From an uncultured Acidimicrobiaceae bacterium (GTDB lineage Bacteria > Actinomycetota > Acidimicrobiia > Acidimicrobiales > SZUA-35), in assembly GCA_964551835.1 (NCBI GenBank), contig CAZKEM010000094.1, positions 12,868-76,867 of the forward strand: a DNA stretch of 64,000 nt. Reading direction: 5' to 3'. Positions 19,361 to 28,682 of this stretch are shown piece after piece. Each line of letters opens with the position of its first letter. The first letter of the stretch is position 1. Under the pieces are notes generated by a model. It did no database searches, was not told the origin of the DNA, and was given only the letters and a program-made list of their open reading frames with translations. Made by a program: the position numbers and the translations under genes.

Positions 19361-20536
19361 CTACAGTCCGTCGAGAAGCGATTCTAACTTGGCGGCCAGC
19401 CTCGCACGAGACCGATTCTCTTGCATCCATTGTCTGCCGGCTTCGCCCTGCTTAGCCCGTACTGACCCGTGCAGAGCTTGAATTCTTCGCACGCCGTCGG
19501 CAATCTCAGTAGGCCCTACGGCTTCACCCGATTCGGCTTCGGTGACCATCGATGCAACCTCGCCCGGCGTGTTGGTGACGACTGGTAAACCAGCAGCCAT
19601 ATAGTCGTACAACTTGTTAGGGCTTACCCCGTGATGGAACAAGGGAACGTCGGCCAAACAATGTAGCCCGATGTCGGCGGCGGCGAACAGTTCGGGGATC
19701 TTCTCCTTACTTATCGGTTCTCGAAATTCGACGTTAGTCAGGCCTCGAGCCGACGCGTCAGCTACTAAGTCTCGTTTGGCTACCCCATCTCCAACGAAGA
19801 CAAACAAAGCATCGGTGTCAGCAAGCGATTCAGCTGCGTCGAGCGCCAGATCTAAACCGTTAGCGGGTCCGTGGGCACCGGCGTAGACAATGACAGTTCC
19901 GTCGAAGTTGAACTTTCTGCGCAGCTCCGACCTAGGTTCACCGACAGCGAAATCTTCGGGGTCGGCGCCGTTTGGGACGAAACGTACTTTCATGCCGTCG
20001 ATACCCTCAGCAACAATAGGGTTGGCCGAACCTTTAGCTAGGACAACGATCGTGTCTGCGTTGAGGTAAAGAAGACGTTCTAACCGCTTCAACGAACGAT
20101 AGACCGGCGATGATTCTTCCATCGTCCCAGCATCGATCAGTATCTGAGGCCACAAATCTCGTACCTCCAAAACGAACTTGGCCCGATGGGCTCGAGCAAT
20201 CAGAAGCCCGGCAAGCGCTGCGCCCAGATGTGGTGAAGACCCATACACGACGTCAACGGGTTTGCGAAAGGTTCCACGCAGAAGCGCCCCAGCAGAGTAG
20301 CTTGCCCAGTTGACTATTCGAGTAAAACCGTTGCCTTTATATGGCGTAACGGGAACGGTCTTTAATATCCCGGACGATTTGACCGGCGCCTGGTCGAGCA
20401 TCGACCGGTTGCCGACGATTATGGTTGGCTGCCAATTTTTGAGTTTGGCGAAAAGCTCGACATGGCGAGTTCCCCCGGGTGAGCTTCGGGGGAGCGCAAA
20501 TTGGTTGAGAACCAGCACGCGTTTCTTTCTACTCAT
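19361..20536 (-). CDS. glycosyltransferase family 4, WbuB-like
   Basis: 391-aa ORF with N-terminal 'PGGTRHVELFAKL' and a C-terminal GT-B region 'HGVSPNKLYDYMAAGLPVVTNTPGEVASMV'. Confidence 0.8.
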   Translation of the reverse strand: MSRKKRVLVLNQFALPRSSPGGTRHVELFAKLKNWQPTIIVGNRSMLDQAPVKSSGILKTVPVTPYKGNGFTRIVNWASYSAGALLRGTFRKPVDVVYGSSPHLGAALAGLLIARAHRAKFVLEVRDLWPQILIDAGTMEESSPVYRSLKRLERLLYLNADTIVVLAKGSANPIVAEGIDGMKVRFVPNGADPEDFAVGEPRSELRRKFNFDGTVIVYAGAHGPANGLDLALDAAESLADTDALFVFVGDGVAKRDLVADASARGLTNVEFREPISKEKIPELFAAADIGLHCLADVPLFHHGVSPNKLYDYMAAGLPVVTNTPGEVASMVTEAESGEAVGPTEIADGVRRIQALHGSVRAKQGEAGRQWMQENRSRARLAAKLESLLDGL

Positions 20537-21669
20537 GCTTTAAGTCCTTCGGCTAAGACGTGGGTCATTGCGTTGATCACGGTCTGGATAGATTCGTTGC
20601 TATGAGACGAGCCGCTCGGCAGGCACAGGCCTCGTCTAAACAACGTCTCTGAGGTTTCCCCGCCGATCGTTTCGTTTCGAGCGAAGACGGGCTGTAGGTG
20701 CATGGGTTTCCACGCGGGACGAGCCTCAATGTTTCTGTTCGCTAAGGCGTTACAAACCCTAGTCGGGTCGAAACCTTCGGGGAGCAGTCCAACCGATAGC
20801 CAATGGTTGGGTCGGCTGGTTGCACCAAACGGACACCACCCAAGTTGAGGCAGTTGCCTCCGGTACATTTCGCTAATTTGGCGTCGACGTTCAATCTTTG
20901 GTTCGAGCCCGGTCAACTGGGCCCGGCCTAACGCAGCCAAGACATTCGACATGCGGTAGTTGAACCCAACTTCGGTGTGTTCATAGTGCAATGCCGGCTG
21001 TTTCGCTTGTGTCGACAGATATCGGGCACGTTCGATGGTTTTGGCCGATCCAAGCAGAGCGCCTCCTCCGCTGGTCGTCATAATTTTGTTGCCGTTGAAA
21101 CTTAAGACCGCTGAATGTCCGAACGATCCAGCTGCACGGTCGTTGACCTGCGAACCCAGCGCTTCGGCTGCGTCTTCGATTAGCGGCACGTCGTGCTCCA
21201 TGCACACGACAGAAAGGCGTTCATAGTTAGCACAACTTCCGTAGAGGTCGACTGCCATCACGGCGGCAGGCAGCTTGTTGATAGAAGCTCGTTCTTTGAG
21301 AAATAGCTCCAATAGGTCTGGGTCTAGGCCCCACGTGTCAGGGTCCGAATCGCAGAACACCGGCTTTGCTCCTGTGTAGGTAACAGCAAAAGCGGTAGCC
21401 GCGAATGTTGCCGACTGGACGACTACTTCGTCACCGGGGCCAACGCCAGCGTCTAAAAGAGCCAAGTGGAGGGCACTTGTTCCAGATGCAACGGCGGCGC
21501 ATGCTTCGACGCCCGTGTACGCTGCGAGTTCTGTTTCGAATGCCGACAGTTCGGGTCCTACAGGGGCTATCCAATTGCTGTCAAACGCTCTCAGTAGCGC
21601 TTCTCGTTCGGGCGGCCCAACATCTGGAGGGCTCAGAAAAATGTATTCGGGCACTGCGGCGGTGTCCAT
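20533..21669 (-). CDS. DegT/DnrJ/EryC1/StrS-family sugar aminotransferase (PglE-like)
   Basis: 378-aa ORF with 'ASGTSALHLAL' and the PLP-lysine region 'LSFNGNKIMTTSGGGALL'. Confidence 0.85.
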   Translation of the reverse strand: MDTAAVPEYIFLSPPDVGPPEREALLRAFDSNWIAPVGPELSAFETELAAYTGVEACAAVASGTSALHLALLDAGVGPGDEVVVQSATFAATAFAVTYTGAKPVFCDSDPDTWGLDPDLLELFLKERASINKLPAAVMAVDLYGSCANYERLSVVCMEHDVPLIEDAAEALGSQVNDRAAGSFGHSAVLSFNGNKIMTTSGGGALLGSAKTIERARYLSTQAKQPALHYEHTEVGFNYRMSNVLAALGRAQLTGLEPKIERRRQISEMYRRQLPQLGWCPFGATSRPNHWLSVGLLPEGFDPTRVCNALANRNIEARPAWKPMHLQPVFARNETIGGETSETLFRRGLCLPSGSSHSNESIQTVINAMTHVLAEGLKA

Positions 21670-21812
21670 AGTTTCGAACCTCGGTTTCGTCGTCTACGAA
21701 ACGGGACCTTAGCATACGCAGTTCGGAATAGAGGACGTAGAGATATGCTTTGTTTGTCAAATGCAGTATTCGAACAAGATTGGTATTTAGGGTCTATGTA
21801 TAGATAGTGGAT

Positions 21813-22499
21813 CTAAGAATTGGGTATATAAGATTCCACATCATTGTCTAAAGTTGTAGCCTTCGTAGCTTCTTCTACTTCGCGTAGGTCTATCACGATG
21901 TCGTCTCCCTTCGAAGAGCCAACGAAGCGCGTTGTCGTCGATGTTCCCGCGGCGCTGATGTCCCTGCGTTTGATGACCGAGGCAGCCGTTAGGTACAGGA
22001 TCTTCAAGTCGAGGGCCAGGCTTTGGTTCTCGACATACCAGGCATCCAGCTCTAACTTGTCGTCCCAGGAAATAGCGTTGCGTCCATTGACCTGAGCCCA
22101 GCCAGTTAAGCCGGGTAGAACGTCATGGCGACTTGCCTGACGGCTGCTATAGAGCGGGAGGTAGTCTTCCAGAAGAGGTCGGGGGCCGACCAGGCTCATT
22201 TCACCGCGTAGCACATTAACCAGTTCTGGAAGCTCGTCCAAACTGGTCGAACGCAGAAAACGCCCGAATTTTGTCAGTCTGAGATCGTCGGAAATCGGAT
22301 GTCCGTCACCGTCGACTTCGTCGAGCATTGTCCGGAACTTCACAATTTCGAAAATGGCCCCATCGAGTCCTGGCCGTTTCTGGCGGAACAGGACTGGGCT
22401 TCCCAGGTTGACCTTTACTAAAAGCGCAGTTAAGAGAAGAAGTGGGCTAGCGACTAGCAGCATTAGGGCCGAAACAGCTACATCAAGGGTCCGCTTCAT
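21813..22499 (-). CDS. undecaprenyl-phosphate sugar phosphotransferase (small PglC/WbaP-C type)
   Basis: 228-aa ORF with one N-terminal hydrophobic helix and the motifs 'IVKFRTML' and 'MSLVGPRPLL'. Confidence 0.85.
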   Translation of the reverse strand: MKRTLDVAVSALMLLVASPLLLLTALLVKVNLGSPVLFRQKRPGLDGAIFEIVKFRTMLDEVDGDGHPISDDLRLTKFGRFLRSTSLDELPELVNVLRGEMSLVGPRPLLEDYLPLYSSRQASRHDVLPGLTGWAQVNGRNAISWDDKLELDAWYVENQSLALDLKILYLTAASVIKRRDISAAGTSTTTRFVGSSKGDDIVIDLREVEEATKATTLDNDVESYIPNS

Positions 22500-23194
22500 G
22501 GGCGGCTTTTCTTCAACGTTGCTGGAACCCCGGTCACCGTCTCACCAGGCGGAACGTGCTTCGTGACAACTGCGCCCGCACCGACGACTGCCTCATCCCC
22601 AATTGTCAAACCCTGAAGTACTGTTGCGTTAGCGCCAATGATGGCGTCGGACCCCACAGTCGCGTCGCCGGCTACAAACGCGCCTGGCATCAAACTTGTT
22701 CGGGCACCTACAGAGGCGTCGTGTCCGACTTTCGCCCCGTAGCCGACGTAACAGTCCTTCTTGATGGTCGCTAGCGCTGAGACATAAGCGAGCGCACCAA
22801 CCACTGTTCCGTCTTCGATAAGCGCTCCAGTGGCGAGCACCGCAGTCGGGTGAATGAGTGGGGCGGCCGGCTTTAGGCCAGCCGACGACGCCTGCTCAAC
22901 AAGCGTTTTGCGCGCTTTTGGGTACCCGACTCCTGATATATATCGTCGGCCGGGTAGTAGAGCGTCTTTGATGGGTGAGACGATTGATGTGTTTCGGTCG
23001 ACGAATCGGTCTTTGGTTGGCGAATCGTCAGCGACGAGGATTCGATACTCGTGATCCATGCCGAGCGACTCGATGACGCTCATGACATCGCTAGCGTGGC
23101 CGCTGCCGCCCAGAATTACAATGACTCTTGAGTCGCTCTCCGCTCCGGACGACGGTCTGTTAACGGCAGAAGTATGTTGTTCCATCGAGATCAA
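22496..23194 (-). CDS. NeuD/PglD/VioB-family amino-sugar N-acetyltransferase
   Basis: 232-aa ORF with an N-terminal 'VIVILGGSGHASDV' domain followed by hexapeptide repeats 'IIGANATVLQGLTIGDEAVVGAGAVVTKHV'. Confidence 0.75.
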   Translation of the reverse strand: MISMEQHTSAVNRPSSGAESDSRVIVILGGSGHASDVMSVIESLGMDHEYRILVADDSPTKDRFVDRNTSIVSPIKDALLPGRRYISGVGYPKARKTLVEQASSAGLKPAAPLIHPTAVLATGALIEDGTVVGALAYVSALATIKKDCYVGYGAKVGHDASVGARTSLMPGAFVAGDATVGSDAIIGANATVLQGLTIGDEAVVGAGAVVTKHVPPGETVTGVPATLKKSRP

Positions 23195-23828
23195 TTTGGT
23201 AGCAATTCGGACAGCTATTTAACGAAATTGCTTGGAACTTATCACTCTGATGACCGTAGAACTGGGATGGTCAGCTGGTAACTTTTGTGCCGGTCCGGCT
23301 GACTCTGATACGCCTCCTGTTCGATGGGTAGGCCGTCTCGCTGTGCAACCTTGACCGAATTTGGGCGCCGACGGATTGGAACTGGGGAATCGAACCTTCA
23401 TCGGCCACTCTGGAGGCATCCCTGGGCTATGCATCGATTGTGGCGACCGAACCTGCAACCGACGCTGTGTTTGTCATGGTCCTCAAGAACGGTAAATACT
23501 CACCCAGCCCAAATGGCCTCGAAGGCTCTACCGGTCGGCTGTAGCTAGCAATCGCCCTGCTGTGGCGTAGCGCTCTCGCCCAAAACGCATTCAGACTACG
23601 TTCTTACCTTCTATATAACAAAGAAGTTGACTCGACGCTACCGAGACCATTATTCGGCCTACTCGACGCATCAGTTACGGTCTCCTTCTAGCTGTGACCT
23701 GATAAGGCCACAAGGTTATAATTCCTAACATATGATTGTGTAGGAATCTACTTCTTTGGTTGGTAACATCGGATCACTCCGCCGACTTTGGGAAGTACTA
23801 CCCAAATTTATTCCGAAAGTTGAGTTAC

Positions 23829-24545
23829 GTGATTGGCGATACAAGAACGAAGAAGTCCGTCTATCTGGCTGTCCTTTTTGCTGCGAGCCTAGTATTGGCA
23901 GCCTGCTCGGGGTCTAGTGAGTCAACGTCGGGAGTTACTAGCCCGGTTGCGGTGAAGGCGACTCCGCCCACCGTGGACGTTGGTGCTGCCGTGTCCAGCA
24001 CGGCCGCAGCCACAGTTCCCACCGTGGCTGAGACGACGACAACTACGATTGAGACGACTACGACCACCGCAGCGAAGGCTGCTGTCCCGGCGGCCCCCGA
24101 TCGAAATGCGCCTGCGTCGGGTGGTAATGCTGCACCTGCGACCGCTGGTGGTAATACACCTACACCTGCACCAGCGTCTCCGATCGGCGATGCGAACGTG
24201 AAATTCCAACGAGAACTCGTTGATGAACTCAACGTACGGCGAGCAAGAATGAATCTTGAACCGGTCGAGTTTGACCAAACGATCGCCGACAGCGCTGCCA
24301 AGTGCTCAGTGCAAAATTTGCGGGCGACGGGCTTGAACCATTGTGGTCATGAAGTCCTTTTCCGGAGTAGCGGCAATATAGATAGTATTGCTGTCGAAAA
24401 CTTGCTCGAAGCCTGGTGGAATAGTCCACCTCACAAAAAGTCGCTCACCTACCCAGGGTCGACTAAAGCTGGCGGCGCCGTTGTCTATTTCGATGGACAA
24501 AGAGGTGTAGTGGCGGCGATAGAGATCAACTACGGTCAACGCTAA
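23829..24545 (+). CDS. secreted lipoprotein with a Thr/Ala/Pro-rich linker and a C-terminal CAP/SCP (YkwD-like) domain
   Basis: The ORF opens at 23736, but GTG 23829 gives the signal peptide 'KKSVYLAVLFAASLVLAAC' (lipobox LAAC). The CAP-like part contains 'LLEAWWNSPPHKKSL'. Confidence 0.7.
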   Translation: MIGDTRTKKSVYLAVLFAASLVLAACSGSSESTSGVTSPVAVKATPPTVDVGAAVSSTAAATVPTVAETTTTTIETTTTTAAKAAVPAAPDRNAPASGGNAAPATAGGNTPTPAPASPIGDANVKFQRELVDELNVRRARMNLEPVEFDQTIADSAAKCSVQNLRATGLNHCGHEVLFRSSGNIDSIAVENLLEAWWNSPPHKKSLTYPGSTKAGGAVVYFDGQRGVVAAIEINYGQR

Positions 24546-24594
24546 AGGGCTCGGCCCGTCGTAGACTCCACCCGTTGAACTAGCTCGAGGCCGG

Positions 24595-25275
24595 TCACGG
24601 TTTCTTAATAGGTTGAACGAGTTGAGGTCTATCGTTTCGGGCCGAGTTGACGTCGGTCGACACTAGGTGCGTGGTCAAAAGTTCGTTCGGTGCTGGTCCC
24701 AGCAACTTGGTGAGGTTAACGATCCTGGTTGTCGGGTTCAGCCATTGGCCCCAACTTGTCGGAGCGAGTATAACAGGCATCCGGTCGTGAATCGATTCCA
24801 TGGTTTGGTTAGGCGGGCACGTGATAATCGTGCACGTGTCGAGCGTGTTATCGGTTTTCGGTTCGTGCCAAGTCCGCCAGATTCCGGCGAACGCTAGCGG
24901 GTCGCCGTCTCGATGCATGATGTAGTGAGGTTGCTTTGACCCATCGTTTCCGTCGGTCGTCCATTCGTAAAACCCATCAGCCGGTATAAGGCACCGGCGT
25001 TGCTGAAATGATCTGGCGAACGACCGATTCGTGGCCAACGTTTCCGCTCTGGCGTTAAAAAGCGGTTTGCCGGCCTGGGACGTAGCCCAGTGCGGCAATA
25101 GACCCCAACGCATCGCTTCGATCGAACGGCGAACGTCAGCATCGCTAATGATCGTGTACACGTGGGCTGTTGGCGCGACGTTGTACCGCTCAGCCAAGTC
25201 GACATCCGGCAAGCCGGCATCGAAGAACTGCCCGAGCTGACCAGGAGTTGTAGCAGCCACAAATCGTCCACACAT
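24595..25275 (-). CDS. SOS-response-associated peptidase (SRAP / YedK family)
   Basis: The internal start ATG 25275 gives the N-terminus 'MCGRF' with Cys2 nucleophile, followed by 'YNVAPT' and 'FYEW'. The ORF extension upstream to 25476 is judged spurious. Confidence 0.85.
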   Translation of the reverse strand: MCGRFVAATTPGQLGQFFDAGLPDVDLAERYNVAPTAHVYTIISDADVRRSIEAMRWGLLPHWATSQAGKPLFNARAETLATNRSFARSFQQRRCLIPADGFYEWTTDGNDGSKQPHYIMHRDGDPLAFAGIWRTWHEPKTDNTLDTCTIITCPPNQTMESIHDRMPVILAPTSWGQWLNPTTRIVNLTKLLGPAPNELLTTHLVSTDVNSARNDRPQLVQPIKKP

Positions 25276-25342
25276 AACCACACGTAGTGTAGACCAAGTC
25301 AAAAAAACTTGAACCGTTTGACCCCTTGAACCGACCGACCCG

Positions 25343-26581
25343 TTATGCGACCCCAGCGGGGCTTTCCAGCCCGATTGCTTCGACGAAATTGGCGGTCGTC
25401 GTGTCGGCGCCGAAGAAACGTTCGGCGTATGCCCGGGCTCGTTTGCTGGCGAGAACCGCCGACTCTGGGTCCTCAACTATTTCGACGATAGCGTCGGTTA
25501 ACGCCGTGGCGTCCGAAACGACAGGTCCCGCTCCGGCGTCGAGAATAACTTCGCCAGATGGGCTGAATTCATCCATCAGCCCAACCACCGGGCGCCCAGC
25601 GCAAAGGTACGACAGAACGGTCTCCGACGCCGAACTTTCGACGCTCTCAGGGTCAAGGGTTGCTACCAGAATGTTCGCTGCGCCAAGTACCTGCGGATAA
25701 ACGTCCAGCGACTGAGGCCTCAGAAAATGAACCCGAGGAGAACGGGCCAGCGTTTCGTCGTACGCCAGCTCAACGTGGCCTTCGCCTTCCCCGGTGAAAA
25801 CAAATTCGAACTGATCATGTTCCAAGAGTTGTTTAACCGTGCGGCTTATATCGCCTATCCGGTGGTGTCCGTCGATCGGGCCGCAATAGACGACCCTGGT
25901 CCGGGATTCGTCCAACCCGGCCAGTTGGGCCCAAGGATTATTGCGTTCGCAGGTCGGGATCAAGTCGATCGGCGCCCATCGTGGCAGCGCTGTTGTTGGT
26001 CCGCTTCGCCCGAGTTTCGACACGTCCAGCGAGAACTCATGGGTTGAACACAAAACATGGTGGGCAGCGCAGATCTGAGACCGTTCGAATCGTGACGGCC
26101 GGTCGGCGGAACCTTTACTCGACCTGTTCGTTTGGTATTCTTGAACCCAGTTGGCGTATCGGCTTCTTCTGAGCCGGGTAGCGTTAAAGAGCGTCCAGTT
26201 GGTGACTAACGGAAGTTGGCATCCGACCACGGTTCCGGAAGACGCACACCGAGCCAACGCTATGCCAAGCCTAATCTGGGCTCGTCGAGACAACTGCCGA
26301 TCAGGCGTAATCCCCTCGAAACCGTCAGCCGGAACGTTCTTAACCTCGACCCCGGCTTGTTCAAGGCGCAGTATCTGCTCGGAGGATAACCCGCTCGACG
26401 GCACGCAGAAAAGATAGGTGACGTTGAAACCTCGTTCGGCCATGTCTCGGGCGAGCTCGGCGATGTATAGATGGGCGTTGTAGTCGACGATTGTTACGTC
26501 GTCGCCTTCGGGTGACGGTGGCGGCATTGGGCGGTGCGGCTTCTGTTGGGAACGTTGTAAGTCTACATTTCGTTTTACCAA
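25343..26581 (-). CDS. GT-B glycosyltransferase-like protein (GT4-like, weak)
   Basis: 412-aa ORF with the C-terminal region 'SASETVLSYLCAGRPVVGLMDEFSPSGEVI' at the GT4 motif position. The start is uncertain (alternative ATG at 26527). Confidence 0.5.
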   Translation of the reverse strand: MVKRNVDLQRSQQKPHRPMPPPSPEGDDVTIVDYNAHLYIAELARDMAERGFNVTYLFCVPSSGLSSEQILRLEQAGVEVKNVPADGFEGITPDRQLSRRAQIRLGIALARCASSGTVVGCQLPLVTNWTLFNATRLRRSRYANWVQEYQTNRSSKGSADRPSRFERSQICAAHHVLCSTHEFSLDVSKLGRSGPTTALPRWAPIDLIPTCERNNPWAQLAGLDESRTRVVYCGPIDGHHRIGDISRTVKQLLEHDQFEFVFTGEGEGHVELAYDETLARSPRVHFLRPQSLDVYPQVLGAANILVATLDPESVESSASETVLSYLCAGRPVVGLMDEFSPSGEVILDAGAGPVVSDATALTDAIVEIVEDPESAVLASKRARAYAERFFGADTTTANFVEAIGLESPAGVA

Positions 26582-26753
26582 GGACTTGGTTGTCTAAGCA
26601 AATATGGCTAGCCCGTATCTTCAAGTCGCATAACTTCAATAGACATCAATTTTGGCTACACGGCACGACGAAATTCGCCTAGCTGTGGGCAGTGAACGTA
26701 AAAGCGGCGCCGGGAAAGGAGGGCACTTCGCCATGTGTCATTTGACCCCTCAC

Positions 26754-26781
26754 TTGCCCTGCGGGGGAATCGGGGTATAAT
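26754..26781 (+). promoter_or_regulatory. candidate sigma-70-type promoter (TTGCCC-N16-TATAAT)
   Basis: A perfect -10 hexamer lies at 26776..26781. The -35-like 'ttgccc' lies at 26754..26759, 16 nt upstream. The element is about 75 nt upstream of the 26857 ORF and rplM. Confidence 0.35.
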
Positions 26782-26856
26782 TACCCAGCTAGCCGTTGGA
26801 GTCCTTTTGCGGCTCCATTGGAGCCTATTTCCTGGCACAAAGTGATGTGATTCCTA

Positions 26857-27699
26857 GTGAATTTCAAAGACCAAAACAATCCGAAACTGTTCTGGGTAGA
26901 AACTGCCGTCGAACGCAATTCAACCGGAGAGTTCCCTCCGCTAACCAGCGCGGATATGGCCAAGGCGTCAAGCGGTCAGCCAGCTGATGACCTTGAGCTA
27001 GCCACTCAAGTTGACAGCAGCCAACCGTCCGAAAAAGACTGGCTAAATACAGCTCTACTGTCGACGTCACGGGTCCAATCGGCGGCGCCGCGTGAAGACC
27101 TCACCTCAAAAATTGCGGCATCGACCGAACAAGGCGACCGACTTCCAACACGACCAGCGAAACGGCAGGCGCCTCTTCGCCTTGGGCCTCCACCTGCGTC
27201 GTCGCTAAGCGAACAGCTGCAATCGATTTCTCGTCCTCTCGTTGGAGCCGCTTTCGGCCTGCTTCTAGTCGGTGCAGCAATCGTATTTATCGTTTCCCAG
27301 GACGCTGGATCGACGACCGTCGCATCTCCGGACGGCACATCTACGCCCAGCGCCACAGGGAGCGAGAGCCCGCCGCTCGCACCGGAACTTAACTCCGATC
27401 AGCCAAGCTCGGGCTCGCTTGACGAAGACGAAGATACAACAACGTCGAAGTCGCCTACAACAACAAAAGTCCCGACCCGTGAAGCACAAAGTCCGAAAAA
27501 GAAGCCACCGGTAAAGGCTGACCCGATAACAACGGCAGCCCCCATGACTACAGCTGCTGAAACCACGGTGGCCGAGGAGACTACAACGGTTCCCACTACA
27601 GAAGCAACGACGACCGAAGCTCCAGATGAGGAACTCCCTGTCGAAGAAACCTCGATTGAAGAAGATTCGACAACCATGGTTATGGACCCAATCGGCTAA
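26857..27699 (+). CDS. single-pass membrane protein with a Thr/Pro/Glu-rich low-complexity ectodomain (unknown function)
   Basis: 280-aa ORF with a GTG start and one hydrophobic helix 'LVGAAFGLLLVGAAIVFIV'. The C-terminal half is low complexity ('TTAAETTVAEETTTVPTTEATTTEAP'). No family recognised. Confidence 0.45.
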   Translation: MNFKDQNNPKLFWVETAVERNSTGEFPPLTSADMAKASSGQPADDLELATQVDSSQPSEKDWLNTALLSTSRVQSAAPREDLTSKIAASTEQGDRLPTRPAKRQAPLRLGPPPASSLSEQLQSISRPLVGAAFGLLLVGAAIVFIVSQDAGSTTVASPDGTSTPSATGSESPPLAPELNSDQPSSGSLDEDEDTTTSKSPTTTKVPTREAQSPKKKPPVKADPITTAAPMTTAAETTVAEETTTVPTTEATTTEAPDEELPVEETSIEEDSTTMVMDPIG

Positions 27700-27832
27700 T
27701 CACCGGCACGTGACACTTGGATTGCGGCGTTTAACTAAGCGGTCACAAACAGTTGGTATAGGTACGTATCAGGCATATCATTACGAGTCGGCTTCAGTCG
27801 GGCCGAATCTCAATTTACCCTTAAAGGTTCCT

Positions 27833-28282
27833 GTGAAAACCTACGTACCAAAACCTGCAGAAATCGAGCGTCAATGGTTCATCGTTGACGCTGATGGCTT
27901 GACCCTCGGCCGAATGGCCACAGAAGTCGCCAGTGTCTTGCGTGGAAAGCATAAGCCGACCTTCGCTCAGCACACCGATACCGGTGACCACGTCATCGTA
28001 ATCAACGCTGAGAAAGTCGTGTTGACCGCTAACAAAGCGGAAAAGAAAATGGTTCACGACCACTCTGGCTACCCAGGCGGTCTACGATCCCGCACGTATG
28101 CTGCGGAGATGGCGAGCCAGCCAGCCGAAGCGGTACGCCGCTCAATCGGTGGCATGTTGCCAAAAACCAAACTCGGAAACCAGCAGCTAACTAAACTAAA
28201 AGTCTATGCAGGAGCCGAGCACCCACACGGGGCCCAAAATCCAACACCGCTCGAAATCGCCGGCGCACGTCGGGAAAGCTGA
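27833..28282 (+). CDS. rplM: 50S ribosomal protein L13
   Basis: GTG 27833 gives '[59 protein letters not shown]', the canonical L13 N-terminus. Confidence 0.95.
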   Translation: MKTYVPKPAEIERQWFIVDADGLTLGRMATEVASVLRGKHKPTFAQHTDTGDHVIVINAEKVVLTANKAEKKMVHDHSGYPGGLRSRTYAAEMASQPAEAVRRSIGGMLPKTKLGNQQLTKLKVYAGAEHPHGAQNPTPLEIAGARRES

Positions 28283-28290
28283 AAATAAAC

Positions 28291-28677
28291 ATGTCTACGA
28301 TTCAAACAACCGGTCGACGTAAACAAGCCATCGCTCGTGTTCGGATGACTCCCGGAACCGGCAAGATTACCGCCAACGGGCGAGAGTTCGAAAACTACTT
28401 CCCGTCAGCCGTCCACCGCACCCTTATCACCGAGCCGCTCCGCATCACGGGCCGGGAAGAGGCCTTCGACATTGACGTCACCCTTAGCGGTGGCGGGCTA
28501 TCAGGCCAAGCTGGAGCGTTCCGTCTCGGCGTAACCCGAGCGTTAGTCGCTAGCGACCAAGAAGACCGACCAGCGGTTAAAGCCGCCGGGCTTCTCACCC
28601 GAGACCCTCGTAAGAAGGAATCGAAGAAGTACGGTCTCAAGAAAGCTCGTAAGGCGCCTCAGTACTCGAAGCGATAA
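28291..28677 (+). CDS. rpsI: 30S ribosomal protein S9
   Basis: 128 aa with '[23 protein letters not shown]' and the C-terminal '[12 protein letters not shown]'. Confidence 0.95.
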   Translation: MSTIQTTGRRKQAIARVRMTPGTGKITANGREFENYFPSAVHRTLITEPLRITGREEAFDIDVTLSGGGLSGQAGAFRLGVTRALVASDQEDRPAVKAAGLLTRDPRKKESKKYGLKKARKAPQYSKR

Positions 28678-28682
28678 ACGCG

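Noticed and set aside
23384-23396. tRNA/tmRNA T-loop-like 'GGTTCGATTCC' on the minus strand, plus a tRNA-like 'ggtagagc' nearby
   Set aside because: I could not build a T-stem, an acceptor stem or a cloverleaf around it. There is no CCA-proximal pairing and no tmRNA tag reading frame, so it is probably a chance match.
23520-23545. ops/JUMPstart-like element ('ccggtag' on the minus strand) in the leader of the glycan operon
   Set aside because: It matches only 6-7 nt of the enterobacterial GGCGGTAG ops element, in an unrelated phylum, which is within chance expectation.
23861-24301. Antisense ORFs (146 and 118 aa) and a +2-frame ORF across the Thr/Ala/Pro linker of the CAP lipoprotein
   Set aside because: They are low-complexity artefacts of the repetitive ACx/GCx codons. 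The sense frame has the signal peptide and the CAP domain.
25276-25476. 67-codon N-terminal extension of the SRAP ORF
   Set aside because: SRAP enzymes require Cys2 as the N-terminal nucleophile after Met removal. 'MCGRF' at ATG 25275 is therefore the real start.
27626-27832. N-terminal extension of the rplM ORF (218 aa), overlapping the upstream gene
   Set aside because: The canonical L13 N-terminus begins at GTG 27833. The extension has no similarity to L13 and overlaps the 26857..27699 ORF.
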